From Octopus vulgaris (Eukaryota), in assembly GCA_951406725.2 (NCBI GenBank), contig OX597817.1:9300001-9364000 (forward strand): DNA of 64,000 nucleotides. Direction: 5' to 3'. Positions 36,772-49,243 of this stretch are shown here, in pieces (the first letter of the stretch is position 1; every line of letters begins with the position of its first letter). Below the pieces are notes generated by a model. The model made no database searches. It was given only the letters and a program-made list of their open reading frames with translations, and was not told the origin of the DNA. Position numbers and translations under genes: made by a program.

Positions 36772-37934
36772 GTAAGCATCTTCTATTTCAAGCTTCAGTG
36801 GTCAACAGTGGGTTAGGAAATTTTTGCTGTAAACAAAGCGTTTATTCCAACGATATGGAAATATTCAAATTATTTACTACTTCACCCATGTATAAATAAG
36901 TTTTAGTGCCGGTGGCACGTAAAAAGCACCCACTACACTCTCGGAGTGGTTGGTGATAGGAAGGGCATCCAGCTGTAGAAACTCTGCCAAATCAAGATTG
37001 GAGCCTGGTGCAACCATCTGGTTCGCCAGCCCTCAGTCAAAATCGTCCAACCCATGCTAGCATGGAAAGCGGACGTTAAAATGATGATGATGATGATTCC
37101 AATGTGTTTTTCCTTCTTAAAGCTTACACAACATGGTTTTAAGGAGAGTTGACTGCTATTTTTAGTAAGTCAAGTGACTATGCAGAGACTTACTTCCTTG
37201 ATCAGGAAACAAATCAGAAATATGATATGCTGTTTAGCTTCTGTTTTCTTAAAAATCAAATGTCAGAAAAGATTAGATCTACATGCGGAAAAATTGCCCT
37301 CTGGGTAGTTTTCTGCCAGTCATTATCTAAGGGTGTGTGTGCATGCATTCATGTATGCATGTATTAGATAATAAAACAAATGGTTTCTACCTGATAGCTT
37401 ATATATATTGTGTACCATAGAACATATTGATAAATTCTTTTGTCCAACACTGCTATGCCGATTGTAAACAATTCTTCTATACAATATGTATACAGATATA
37501 AAAAGTGGATAGCAGCTGTGTGTACATTGCATCTCTTTGCGGAGTCTTTATCAGCAGCTATGTGCCACTTTCAAATATCCTCAGATAGCAGTAATTTGAT
37601 GTTCAATTATGCTGTTATGAAAGTGTTAAATATGCGAATTAGTCTATCCAGTTTACTTTAACTTGTAATATTACTGGGTTTATAAGGGATGTGTTTGTGA
37701 ATATTTAAGGCGGTGCAAAGCTGTCAACTAAGACTCCAAAAACGAGTCAATATATACATCAACTTATTTCTCCTTTTTATGTCCATACACATATTTTAAC
37801 AACAAATTGTTTACAATTGTTGCAATACTGTGTGTTGGTTAAAAATCCTACAGATACAGTCTATAGTACAATATAATAAGGAAACAAAACTTGGTTAACA
37901 CACCTATAATTTTTTTTATATATAAATGAAGATT

Positions 37935-38053
37935 ATGTGTGTGTGTATGTATGTATGCATGTATGTATGTATGTATGTATGTATGTATGTATGTATGTAT
38001 GTATGTATGTATGTATGTATGTATGTATGTATGTGTGTATGTATGTATGTATG
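37935..38053. repeat. (TATG)n microsatellite
   Basis: Directly visible. Confidence 0.95.
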
Positions 38054-38059
38054 TCCTCA

Positions 38060-39270
38060 ACATTCATTTAACATCAATTACTAGTGAATGTTACAAGTGG
38101 TACCTTTCTAGTCTTGATGTTTAGTTGCAGGTATTTTTAAATGCCCAGTCTAATATCCTTCCAGATGTTGATATTAGCACTAACATTGCTAATGCAATTT
38201 GGGATATGCTCTTATTGATTGTAGATTTCCATATCTTCCAAATTCTACGAACATATTCTTTTGTCACTAACTTTATACACAACACTATTGTCTGCAATAT
38301 TTTTTATCAATTCTGAGATATTTGTAGCATTTGTTATTGATGTTAGTGGAGACACTGATATCCATATTCCTCACCTGTCATGGGTAACACAAATTTTTCT
38401 CTTCTCTGCATGTCCTGGCATGTAGTATCTGGATGTCTTTAACAAGTCTGCCAGGGTGAAAGGCATTACAGACAAGTTGTCACTCTAGAATATTTCTGGT
38501 GATAACCAGATTCTGTTTGTGACTGTAACAGTGGATTCTGTCCATATTGTTAGCTGTGTTGATTGTATTGTTGTTAGTCTTTTAATGACATCAACTGTAG
38601 CAGATGGCACCTTGGCAAGGCATAGTGATTCGAGTATCTATGAATGGACAAGATGTCAGATGTCATCTTATAATCTAAGCATACAGTCAGTAGACTTTAA
38701 CAAAAATGCTTAATTTTCTTGAGAACAACTTTGTTGATAAGGAGCTGTTTGGTACAGGCACAACCCCAGACTCCCTTCTTTCTTACTGTCTGTTTATCAG
38801 TTACCAAATGTTTTTGTTTTCCAATGATGTTGGATAAATAGATTACAGGAATCTGTGTACATCATCATTATCATTTAAGCAGTTTACACATAACTTTTAA
38901 GCATGCTATTGCTCTATGGGCCTGCAGTTTTTTTGTTACATGTGTCTCTTGGTTCTTAGGTATAAGTATTTGTGCAACTGTTAACCAGTGTAGCACTTCA
39001 AGTTCAGTGGCCCTTGTCCTTTTGATCATGCTGACCAGAGCTTCTCTCCAAAACCTAAATTTCCTATGCCAATAGTTGACTACCAGTCTTTATTAGGTGA
39101 TATTCCATTTGGTAGTTTTTGCAACAACTGTTTGGTGAAATTTCACTGGTGATGTTTTAGAGAAACATTTGCACTGCACTCTTTTTATATTTCATTTAAC
39201 CCCATTGCACATGGTTGTGATGTTGATTTATATTCTAGATTTGCCACTCAGGTGATTCTAATCATCCTGG
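38060..39270 (-). mobile_element. Decayed R4/Dong-like (R2-group) LINE RT
   Basis: Minus strand: CTKQLLINKVV, HS*ILESLCLAKVP, EIF*SDNLSVMPFTL (cf. GIFQGDSLS). Confidence 0.6.
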
Positions 39271-39290
39271 GGAAGTGCCTTTACATACCT

Positions 39291-39523
39291 ATTTCTTTAT
39301 TACCCACAAGGGGCTAAACACAAAGGGGACAAACAAGGACAGACATAGGTATTAAGTCGATTACATCAACCCCAGTGCGTAACTGGTACTTAATTTATCG
39401 ACCCCGAAAGGATGAAAGGCAAAGTCGACCTCGGCGGAATTTGAACTCGCAACGTAATGCAGACGAAATACCGCCAAGCATTTCGCCCGGCATGCTAACA
39501 TTTCTGCCAGCTCACCGCCCTAG
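39291..39523 (-). mobile_element. tRNA-derived SINE family S3; other copies about 9435-9625, 26170-26395, 41230-41452, 45742-45976(-), 56798-57027, 58395-58590, 63229-63430 plus older relics
   Basis: Head GGCGGTGAGCTGGCAGAA...GAGTTCAAATTC; core GCCTTTCATCCTTTCGGGGTCGATAAA (Deu/Nin-domain-like, from memory); 16-bp TSD GTGCCTTTACATACCT (39275-39290, 39524-39539). Confidence 0.9.
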
Positions 39524-39933
39524 GTGCCTTTACATACCTTGGTGGGATGACCTTTCATGTTGTGACATACTTTGTGGGTTTGAAGTAAACTTGTGGTCAA
39601 TGGTCTTACATTTTTGTAATTTCTTATGATGACAAAGCTTTTGGCTTAATACTAGTAGTTCATGCTTAAGGGTTATCAGTTTACCTGTGAGTGTCTCTCA
39701 TCAGCAGTTTTCATATATATATGTATGCTTGGCTCCTCATCACTTTTTGCTGGATCTATGCATGGAAGTCACAAATAAGTAGCTCTCGACATCATGAGTG
39801 GAAATTTCACTGGCTGTGTCTAGCTGATGCATGGCCCCAGTCAAATGACTGAAACAAGTAAAAGAATAAAAGGATATATATATATACAGAGAGAGGGGGG
39901 GGGGGGGGTATATCCATGCATGAAAAATATAAG

Positions 39934-40304
39934 AGAATTTGTTTTGGGGTTTGAAAATGCACCTGAATCTCAATACATGTAGTCATGTTAAAATTTTTTA
40001 ATAGATTTATTCAAATGTGAAACCGGTTTCGACAACATTTTGCTTATCAATGGTCCAAATATATAAATAAAGGGTTTTGGAGAGTTTAAAGTTACAAGGT
40101 AAAAATTAGAAATAATGTTTAAATGATCAAATGTTTTAATAGTCACAGAAATTTAAATGAGTTTAAACTCTCCTCAGCTCTTTATATATATATTAATAAG
40201 CCAAAAATTGTTGAAACCAGTTTGGTATTTGAATAAATCTATTACAAAATTTTAAAATGATGACACATTTTGAAGTTCAGGTGCATTTTCAAACCTCAAA
40301 GCAA

Positions 40305-40309
<5 letters not shown>
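39934..40309. repeat. Long imperfect inverted repeat (about 150-bp arms)
   Basis: AGAATTTGTTTTGGGGTTTGAAAATGCACCTGAA ... TTCAGGTGCATTTTCAAACCTCAAAGCAAATTCT. Confidence 0.88.
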
Positions 40310-40344
<35 letters not shown>

Positions 40345-40348
<4 letters not shown>

Positions 40349-40525
40349 AATATTCTATAATTATAAGCATAATTATAATTAGGGTTCAACTAAGTATGTT
40401 ACCATCATGGAGATTCTTATAGTAGTAGAAAAGGAATTTTAACTCCTATTTCTAAATTCGATATGTGATGAAGCAATTAGCTGAACCCTAATTATAATTA
40501 TGTTTATAACTATAAAATATTTGTA
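40345..40525. repeat. Imperfect inverted repeat (about 50-bp arms)
   Basis: CATAATTATAATTAGGGTTCA ... TGAACCCTAATTATAATTATG. Confidence 0.88.
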
Positions 40526-40639
40526 TAATTTTACCTATAAAGGTTATTTTAACATAGTGATCTACTTGGTGAAATCATTAATTAATTGATTGATTAGTTA
40601 ATTAATTTAATTAATTTTACCCTTTTATTATTAATTATA

Positions 40640-40680
<41 letters not shown>

Positions 40681-40984
40681 TTATATGAATAGCCTTCGCG
40701 TAAACCACTGGTTCGTTTTGTTCTCTTACTTTATTATCATTTTATAATCATCTCATAATAATAATAATGACCTTTATGACTCGTATTACTACCTCAGTCA
40801 ATCTAAATGGCATTTTCGTTGATTTTTCATATTTTACCCTTACATTTCCACGTGTATTTTATATTTTCTTTTCGTAACATATTTCTACTATATATATATA
40901 TATATATATTTATAAATGTAGAAACATACTTTGATCTCACAAAAAATTTTTTTTCTGTGTATGGTGACTTTTCTTTTTCCCTAG

Positions 40985-41087
40985 GTATACTGCATGGTGT
41001 TGGCTTGACTCAAGTGCCAAAAGCCCGGTTAAAGCCATCCCTAGAACCTGTTCATCAAGGAAGGAATTCCAGTGTTAAATATCTCTT
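40985..41087 (+). CDS. VPS13B: VPS13B exon 10
   Basis: cctAG|GT; CTT|GTAAGT; GILHGVGLTQVPK...NSSVKYL; phase 1-2. Confidence 0.92.
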
Positions 41088-42577
41088 GTAAGTATCATCA
41101 ACATTTAATTTATTTGTTAACGAGGTTTTGATCCCAGAGTCAGTCCTTGTTAATCTTATCAATGATCAGAGGCAATCCAGCTGTGACCTTACACCTTCTT
41201 TCTCACTTGTGGTGCCTCTACAATTACATTTGGCAGAATCGTTAGCGCGCCGGGTGAAATGCTCAGCGGCATTTCGTCTGTCTTTTCGTTCTGAGTTCAA
41301 ATTCCGCCGAGGTCGACTTTGCCTTTCATCCTTTCGGGGTCGATAAATTAAGTACCAGTTACGCACTGGGGCCGATGTAATCGACCTAATCCGTTTGTCT
41401 GTCCTTGTTTGTCCCCTCTATATTTAGCCCCTTGTGGGTAGTAAAGAAATATATATATGATGGGCTTCCACATAGTTTCTGTATACCAAATTCACTTGCA
41501 AGACATTGGTCAGTCCTGGGCTTGTAGTAAAAGAAACTTGCCCAACATATTCACGCGGTGAGACTGAACCTGAAACCATGTGGTCGCAAAATAAGCTTCT
41601 TAACCACACAGCCATGAGAGCTTCCTCTGTATAACATGGTTTGGTGTGAAGCAAGGGTGATTTGGCTACTATTTCTAGCTGGTCAAGAGACTTACTTCAT
41701 AATGTAGTTGTTTAACTCTAATATGATGAATGTTCATATCAGTTCGACCAGGATAACCTTGACATGCCACGTTCAGTTTATTTTCATCATAATTTTTATA
41801 TTTATTCAATAGTTTTGTATTTTTATTGTAATCATTTCCACTGCATAATCATGTGCAACTTTGTGTATGCATGCACTGATCTGTTTCATTCTCGTGCTTT
41901 GGCTAATGCATTAAAAATTGCATAATATGTATACGGTGCCTGGTAGCCGTGTTTCTCTATCTGTTGCAACCACGTTTAAAAACCTTGTGGTCTTGCTTAT
42001 ATAATTGCTTGCATGATTTTGTTTTTTTTTAAACATTCCCAAGACACCTATTACTATGGGGATTGTTTCTGTTATCAAAACCTCATAATCTCATTATCTC
42101 TATTTGCAGGTTGTTATAGTTGGATAATTTCTTGATTTCATTCGGAGATAAATTGTTAACATTATTATTGGGTGAATTCACTGAGGTCCATCAGAAAATA
42201 TGCCTTGTAGTATTTGTTCTGGCTCCTCACATTCCTGAATTCAAATCCCTTCATGATCAAACTTTTCCTTTCACCCTTTGGGAGTTGATAAAATAAAGTA
42301 CCAGTCTAATACTGGGGTGATAGTATTGACTAATTCCCACTCCTCCAAATTGCTGGCCTTGTACTTAACTTAGGAACCAATATTATTATTATTATTATTA
42401 TTATTATTTGAATGGGCGTAGGAGTGGCTGTGTGGTAAGTAGCTTGCTTACGAACCACATGGTTCCGGGTTCAGTCCCACTGTGTAGCACCTTGGGCAAG
42501 TGTCTTCTACTATAGCCTCGGGCCTACCAAAGCGTTGTGAGTGGATTTGGTAGACAGAAACTGAAAGAAGCCTGTTG

Positions 42578-42608
<31 letters not shown>

Positions 42609-43143
42609 TATGTGTGTGTGTGTATATGTTTGTGTGACTGTGTTTGTCCCCCCAACATAGCTTGACAACTGATGCTGGTGTGTTTACATCCCTATAACTT
42701 AGCAGTTCGGCAAAAGAGACCGAAAAAATAAATACTAGGCTTACAAAGAATAAGTCCTGGGGTCGATTTGCTCTACTAAAGGTGGTGCTCCAGCATGACC
42801 ACAATCAAATGACTGAAACAAGTAAAAGAGTGAACTGGACGCTTCATTAGAGCAGACACCCTGCCTTATCGCATTTCTTTCATCCTTTCACATTCTGAGT
42901 TCAAATCCCACTGAGGTTAGTTTTTGCATTTTATCCCTCCTGGGTCAATAAAATTGAGAACCACTCAAATACTCAGGTAGATGATATCAACTAACTCCTT
43001 CCTCTCAAAAGTTGCTGGCTTTGCGCCAAAATTTGAAACCACTATTGTTGTTGTTACTTGTTGTTTAACAGCAACTTTGCTGGAGAATTTTACAAGGCAT
43101 CAGTTTTCTGTAATTAATGGATTAAGGTAGCATTCTTCATTAA

Positions 43144-43360
43144 CCCTTTCGTTACCGTATTTATTTTGGGATGCTCTGTGTTTCTCCCAATTATTTTAAA
43201 TATAACAAAGAATTTAGTAAAATAACTTAGTTATCATTCAGCTAGTGTTAGGAACATAAATTGTGACTAAGGTTTGGTAGAAGATTTTAATTCAAAACTT
43301 ATGAAAATAAGACATTTGTGCTACAGAGAGCCGGTTTCAGCCGGGTTGGTAATGAAAGGG
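43144..43360. mobile_element. piggyBac-type MITE family P2
   Basis: TTAA on both sides; CCCTTTC...GAAAGGG TIR. Confidence 0.88.
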
Positions 43361-44858
43361 TTAAGATTTCAAGGATTCTGTAGAGAATTTGTGCAGTCCT
43401 GAGCAACTCCGTTTTTTGTTAATGTCTTATCTTCACATTTACCCCTATCTTTCCAATCCAGTTTGTAAGCTTCATACTTAAAGTACCCAAAGCCCCAACA
43501 ACATCAGATACAGCATTCACCTTCTTCAGTGACCATACTTTTTATTTCCCACTTTCAATCATCATATCCAGTCTGCTTCTCTTTCTCCCATATTATTGTT
43601 GTTGTTATTGTTGTAGTTCTATTTTATTGACCCTTTCATTTTCAGATTATTATATCTAATGTCATACTCATTTATTCAAAACAATTTGAATTAATCATGT
43701 ATTATCTCAGCATCAAAATTTATGATAGATGATAGATAATTCATTTTTAGAATGGCATTGAAGGGTAGGTGTGAGAGACCAGATCTAGCCAGTGTGGGTA
43801 GAATATTTGGGCTGATTATGGTTGGTTTAAATGCTTAAGGATTGAGGTAGCAAGCTGGCCAACCTGTTTGTGCTTTAGACAAAATACTTAGCAGCATTTC
43901 TTCTGATCCTCTATGCTCTTGGTTCAAATTCCACTTAGGCTGACTTTGCCTTTCATCCTTTTGGGGTTGATAAAGTATCAACTTATCTCCACCCCTCAAA
44001 ATTGCTGGCCTCGTGTGCCAGAATTCAAAACCATCATTATAATTGTTATTATTTCATCATCTGATACAAGATCCCTTCCTCCAATGTCCCCTCCCCTCTA
44101 AAAATTCCTTGTCTTGCAAGTTACTTGGTGACCCTGCCAGGGCTGGTACCACATAAAAAGCATCCAGTCCACACTGTAATATTGTTGGCATTTAGAAGGG
44201 CATGCAGCTGTAAAAAGCATGCCCAAACTGACCTCTCTTGTGCTGGTGCCATGTAAAAAGCATTCAATCCACTCTACGAAGTAGTTGGTGTTAGAGAGGG
44301 CAACTAGCCATAAAAACCCAGCTAAAACAGACAGAGCAACATGGGGTAGTCTTCTACCTGGCCAACTCCTATCAAACCATTCAACCCATGCCTGCATGGA
44401 AGGTGAACATTAAACAATGATGATGATGTGAGTTTTTCTTTGTTTTCTTCTAATTCCAACGGAGTTGAGAAAATAAAAAGCAAAACATTAAGATCACAGC
44501 TATTGGTTATATTCGTTTCCTAGAAATGCGTAGCCCAGTGTCAAATTAAAGAATTCACTATCATAATATCATCAGGTTTTATCTTTGAGAAAGATTTTTT
44601 TCTATTTGTCTACAGGAAGATCTGTTGCCTTAATTCTTTCATAATTAGTTACTATTATCATTTTCTCTGCTGTTTTGTAATCATTTTTCGTAGGCTTGTT
44701 TATGTTTTTTTTTTTTCTATTCTTCTTTTATTTGTGTTTCCTAATTTGGACAGCATTTCATTATTTGTATTTTACAAGGTTTCCTTTTTTTTATTTTTTT
44801 ATAGTCTGCTTGTTTATTCGTATGTTCTTCCATAAAATTCAACTATTTCATTCTGATG

Positions 44859-44879
44859 TTATATATATACTTATACATA

Positions 44880-44937
<58 letters not shown>

Positions 44938-44976
44938 CTTATACATATGTGTATATATATATATATATACTTATAC

Positions 44977-45067
<91 letters not shown>

Positions 45068-45068
45068 T
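44859..45068. repeat. Compound (TA)n microsatellite with three ATACTTATACATATGTGT interruptions
   Basis: Directly visible. Confidence 0.95.
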
Positions 45069-48000
45069 TTCTGTTTTCAGTTTATGTTTGTATCTCCTTA
45101 CATAAGCTAATTTGTTAGGTTTCAGATATCGTGTAGATTATTCTTCTATCACAGATTATGCGTATGTGTTGTGCTGGTGTTACTCTGTTGCTTCTTTTCT
45201 CTGTTTTTCATTTCAAGTAAAAGCTGCAAAATATCGCTCATAGTAGTATGCAAATGTATTGCGATCACCTACACTTGTTGCCGTGTTTGTCTTGTTGCTA
45301 TGTTTGTTATTCAACCCTGGCTGAGCTCTGTGTCAGTAAAGATTGTGATCGAAACAATTCCAGCCATGACTACACCTCTTATTTTCAGACATTGTATTTA
45401 GGACTAAACTATCTAGTGTGTCCTCCTTTTTTTTTTTTTTATATATTTTAAAGATAATAAAGTGTCTTTGAGCAAGAATTGGTACCTGTTTCTAGCAGGT
45501 GAAGACAAATGAAATTTCATCATTTGCTCATCATCATTGTTGTCATCATCATCATCGTTGTCATTTTCATTATCATCACGTGTTCACTTCCCATGCCGGT
45601 ATGGATCATAAAGGTTATCATGACCCAATTCAATTCTTATTTGAAATCACTGCCCTTCTAAACAGGCTGGAGAACCCACTTCTTGCTCATATATTTTGAT
45701 TTTTGGTATTGTTTGTATGCATGGTTTTCCCTTCCTGATACCTATTTCTTTACTACCCACAAGGGGCTAAACACAGAGGGGACAAACAAGGACAGACAAA
45801 GGGATTAAGTCGATTAAATCGACCCCAGTGTGCAACTGGTACTTAATTTATCGACCCCCGAAAGGATGAAAGGCAAAGTCGACCTCAGCGGAATTTGAAC
45901 TCAGAACGTAGCGGCAGACGAAATACCCCTAAGCATTTTGCCCGGCGTGCTAACGATTCTGCCAGCTCACCGCCCTAGTATCCCTTCCTGATGGTATCCC
46001 TTCCTGATATCATCCATTCCCTGATGGTATCCCTTCCTGATACCATCCATTTCAAAGGGTTGTATGTGGTACATTTTATAGTGGTTTCCAATAGTGGGGG
46101 AGCTGTCTTGTCAAGGACAAGACCAAAAGGCTTTCTTAGCCCTGTTGTGTCTTTTTCTTTTTTCTTGCTCAAGCTTGTCTTTTTTTCATTTGGTGGTTTT
46201 GAGAAGTGAAATTGTGCATGAAAATAAGTAAAACAAAGAATTTTTCTCCTCTTAGAATATATCCAGCTTAATTTGATCTATAAACCACAATATACGCAGG
46301 AGTGGCTGTGTGGTAAGTAGCTTGCTTACCAACCACATGGTTCCGGGTTTAGTCCCACTGCGTGGCATCTTGGGAAAGTGTCTTCAGCTATAGCCCAGGG
46401 CCGACCAATGCCTTGTGAGTGGATTTGGTAGACGGAAACTGAAAGAAGCCTGTCTTATATATGTATATATATATATGTGTGTGTGTGTGTTTGTGTGTCT
46501 GTGTTTGTTCCCATAGCATTGCTTGACAACTGATGCTGGTGTGTTTACGTCCCCGTCACTTAGCGGTTCGGCAAAAGAGACCGATAGAATAAGTACTGGG
46601 CTTACAAAAGAATAAGTTCCGGGGTCGATTTGCTCGACTAAAGGCGGTGCTCCAGCATGGCCACTGTCAAATGACTGAAACAAGTAAAAGGAAAGAAAGA
46701 AATACATTATGCAGTTCAATAAATTGCTACATGAAATACCAGGCCGTAGTAAAACCATGTCACAGTTGTTCTTTAGTTTTATTTTATTTTATTTTTTTTA
46801 AGCCATTATGGCTAAGACCATGTTGGTGGTGACTTTTAAATACATGGGTAGGATGGAACCAGTTCACTGTAGAGCTGTTCTAGTTCCTAGGAGACTGCTA
46901 GAAGTGATTGGTAACCCTGCACAAAATTTGGGTGCTTGTGAATTAGCTGTTGCTGCCACAATTTATTGCTTGAATATGTTGTTGTTATTGTTGTGCTTGC
47001 TCAAATAATAGAAGTTCAGTGTTGCAATTCGAAGTGATTGAATAGATTTAACTTAAATTGATATACTCATGGAGTGGTTGGCGTTAGGAAGGGCATCCAG
47101 TCGTAGAAATATTGCCAGATCAGACTGGGCCTGGTGCAGCCTTCTGGCTTCCCAGACTCCAGTTGCACCGTCCAACCCATGCCAGCATGGAAAGCGGATG
47201 CTAAACGATGATGATGATGATATTTGATCTGAAACTTCCAGGAAGAGTCTGGTCATGAGGACAGCGCCTCGGGCAAATTCTGTTATTCAGAATATGGTTC
47301 TTGTGTTGTAAATGCTGCTTTATTCAGGCTTGGTTTGAATAGGTGTTTAAAAAAACCAGAAATCATTATTGTATGTGTGGTTGTTATTGTTTAGCTCTTG
47401 GTTAGTTTTATAGTCAAAAGCATTCCAACTGTTTATGTTTTTACTTCAGACATAGTATATCTAGGATTACATTATGTAATGTGTCATTTCTTTTTTAAGA
47501 TAGTAGGATGTCGTTTGAGAGAGATTTGGCTGCTATTTCTAACATATTGACTAACCACAATCTTTCATGATGGACTAGTTTTGGTGACTGTCTTTACTCG
47601 GTTTTCTAAGCACAACATTCACTACATCTGTCTATTTTGTTGATGTTGATGTTTAGCTCTTGGTCAACGCTGATCAAACTAACCTATGTTCAGAGGTGTC
47701 CCAACCATGACCATCCCATCTAAGACAACATTTTCAATATGTCCTGCTTTTCTAAGTTGGTATGGTAGGATTCGAGGTCAGTTTAAGTTGCTATTTCCAC
47801 CAGGTCAAGTGACTACTTAGCGGCTCCCATTGCCTCAACTGCATGCCTTATCGAAAAAGTATGTTGTACGACTGCTTCCTGGTCATGAAATGGTTAGGAA
47901 GTAAAATTTCTTGCTCTGACAAAAATCCAAAAGCGTAGAACCTTGCAACATATACCAAACATAAAAACTGACATGAGAAATATTGATTTATTTTTGACAT

Positions 48001-48161
48001 GACATAAGGAAGTAGATTTTACTGGGGAGGAGAAATAGGATGCTTCTGGCTTTCTCTAAACATTAATGGTGTAAGTGAAGTGATGTGGCTTCGGTCACAA
48101 ATCAATTCCAGGTTGTGAGTTTGGCTTGCCAGATAGTTCTTTAGATGTCACTGCTGGGATA

Positions 48162-48554
48162 TCTCTTCTCTCTCTATATAAACGGCAGTTTGTCTGTGCG
48201 TGTTTCTGTGTGTCTGTTTTCTCGTACCCTCACCCTGACCACGGCTTTCAACCGATTCTGATGAAACTTGACACACACATAGCCCAATGTCATAATTCAA
48301 AACTAACGCAGCGAAAATTTTGAAAAGTTAACCCCAGTTCTGAAAAAAATCGATAAATTCGACATGGGGTCGAGAATCAAAAAAAACAAACCACAGACTG
48401 TCTAGGGGACGCAACTCAACCTTTTTTTACTCTCAAAAAAAAATTTACCATCATTTTTTTTCCATTTTTTTGCTATTTTTTGGCTATAACTCTCTAAAAA
48501 TGCTTTATAGTTATTTCCCTTACAAACCTGAGCAACGCCGGGCGATACTGCTAG
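48162..48554 (+). mobile_element. Non-autonomous Helitron-like element
   Basis: 5' TC..CTATATAAA; 3' CCTGAGCAACGCCGGG hairpin then ACTGCTAG|T. Confidence 0.78.
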
Positions 48555-48769
48555 TAATAAATATTAGTTCGTTTTGACTAGTTACCAGACTCCTCCATAG
48601 ATTTATGAGAGAAAAGTGGGACATATTGATGCTCATGCCTTTTTGAATGTCAGTAGAGCTCTAAGTGAAATATCTTCAGCTGGGAATTGAAACAGTTGTG
48701 GTGTCAGTTTATCCAGAGAGTTTTTCTCTTGTTCTCTGCTGCTTACTACATACTGATATAACAGATTTT

Positions 48770-48819
<50 letters not shown>

Positions 48820-48912
48820 TGAAAATGTATTGTGATATTTATGGCTTCCTGCTGTCTGTGAATGATATAAGGAATTATATTTCTGAATTGCTTTTCTCTC
48901 TATTTCCCTCAG

Positions 48913-49243
48913 CAAAACACTGCAGTCTGTGATGCCAGTAGCAACTCTCTTGATGGCTGTTGATGTCGTACAGTTTGACTTTGCTGGATCAGGCTCCAAA
49001 GTTGTTCTTCTGCTGACCCCTGAACTGCTGTTTGTTTATGATTGTGAAGAAGACATGTCTCTGCAGACATTTGCCCTTGCCGAGATAGAGTGTCCGGCTG
49101 CCACCAACTTGCGCGGCAATAGTTCGGCAGCAGCTGCTGCTACTGCTGCTGCTGCTGCTACTAGTAGTATGGAAGACTTGGAGGAGGATTCTTGTGTCCT
49201 TTCCTTCGTATGGCAAGACCAGACAAAACAGATGAGCTTCAAG
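48913..49243 (+). CDS. VPS13B: VPS13B exon 11 (PH-like domain, with poly-Ala insert)
   Basis: ctcAG|C completes TTC; AAG|GTAACT; KTLQSV...LLLTPELLFV...QTFALAEIEC; phase 2-0. Confidence 0.92.

Noticed and set aside
44616-44830. Alternative terminal exon after TTTGTCTACAG
   Set aside because: Low-complexity F/Y/I translation with no VPS13B similarity; exon 10 joins 48913 in the correct phase
44696-45118. YIYIYI ORFs (and CVCVCV or HTHT ORFs elsewhere)
   Set aside because: Microsatellite translations
48772-48819. Poly(A) tract as a retrocopy tail or gene end
   Set aside because: No TSD or recognisable upstream element, and the gene continues in frame; at most an oligo-dT priming artefact
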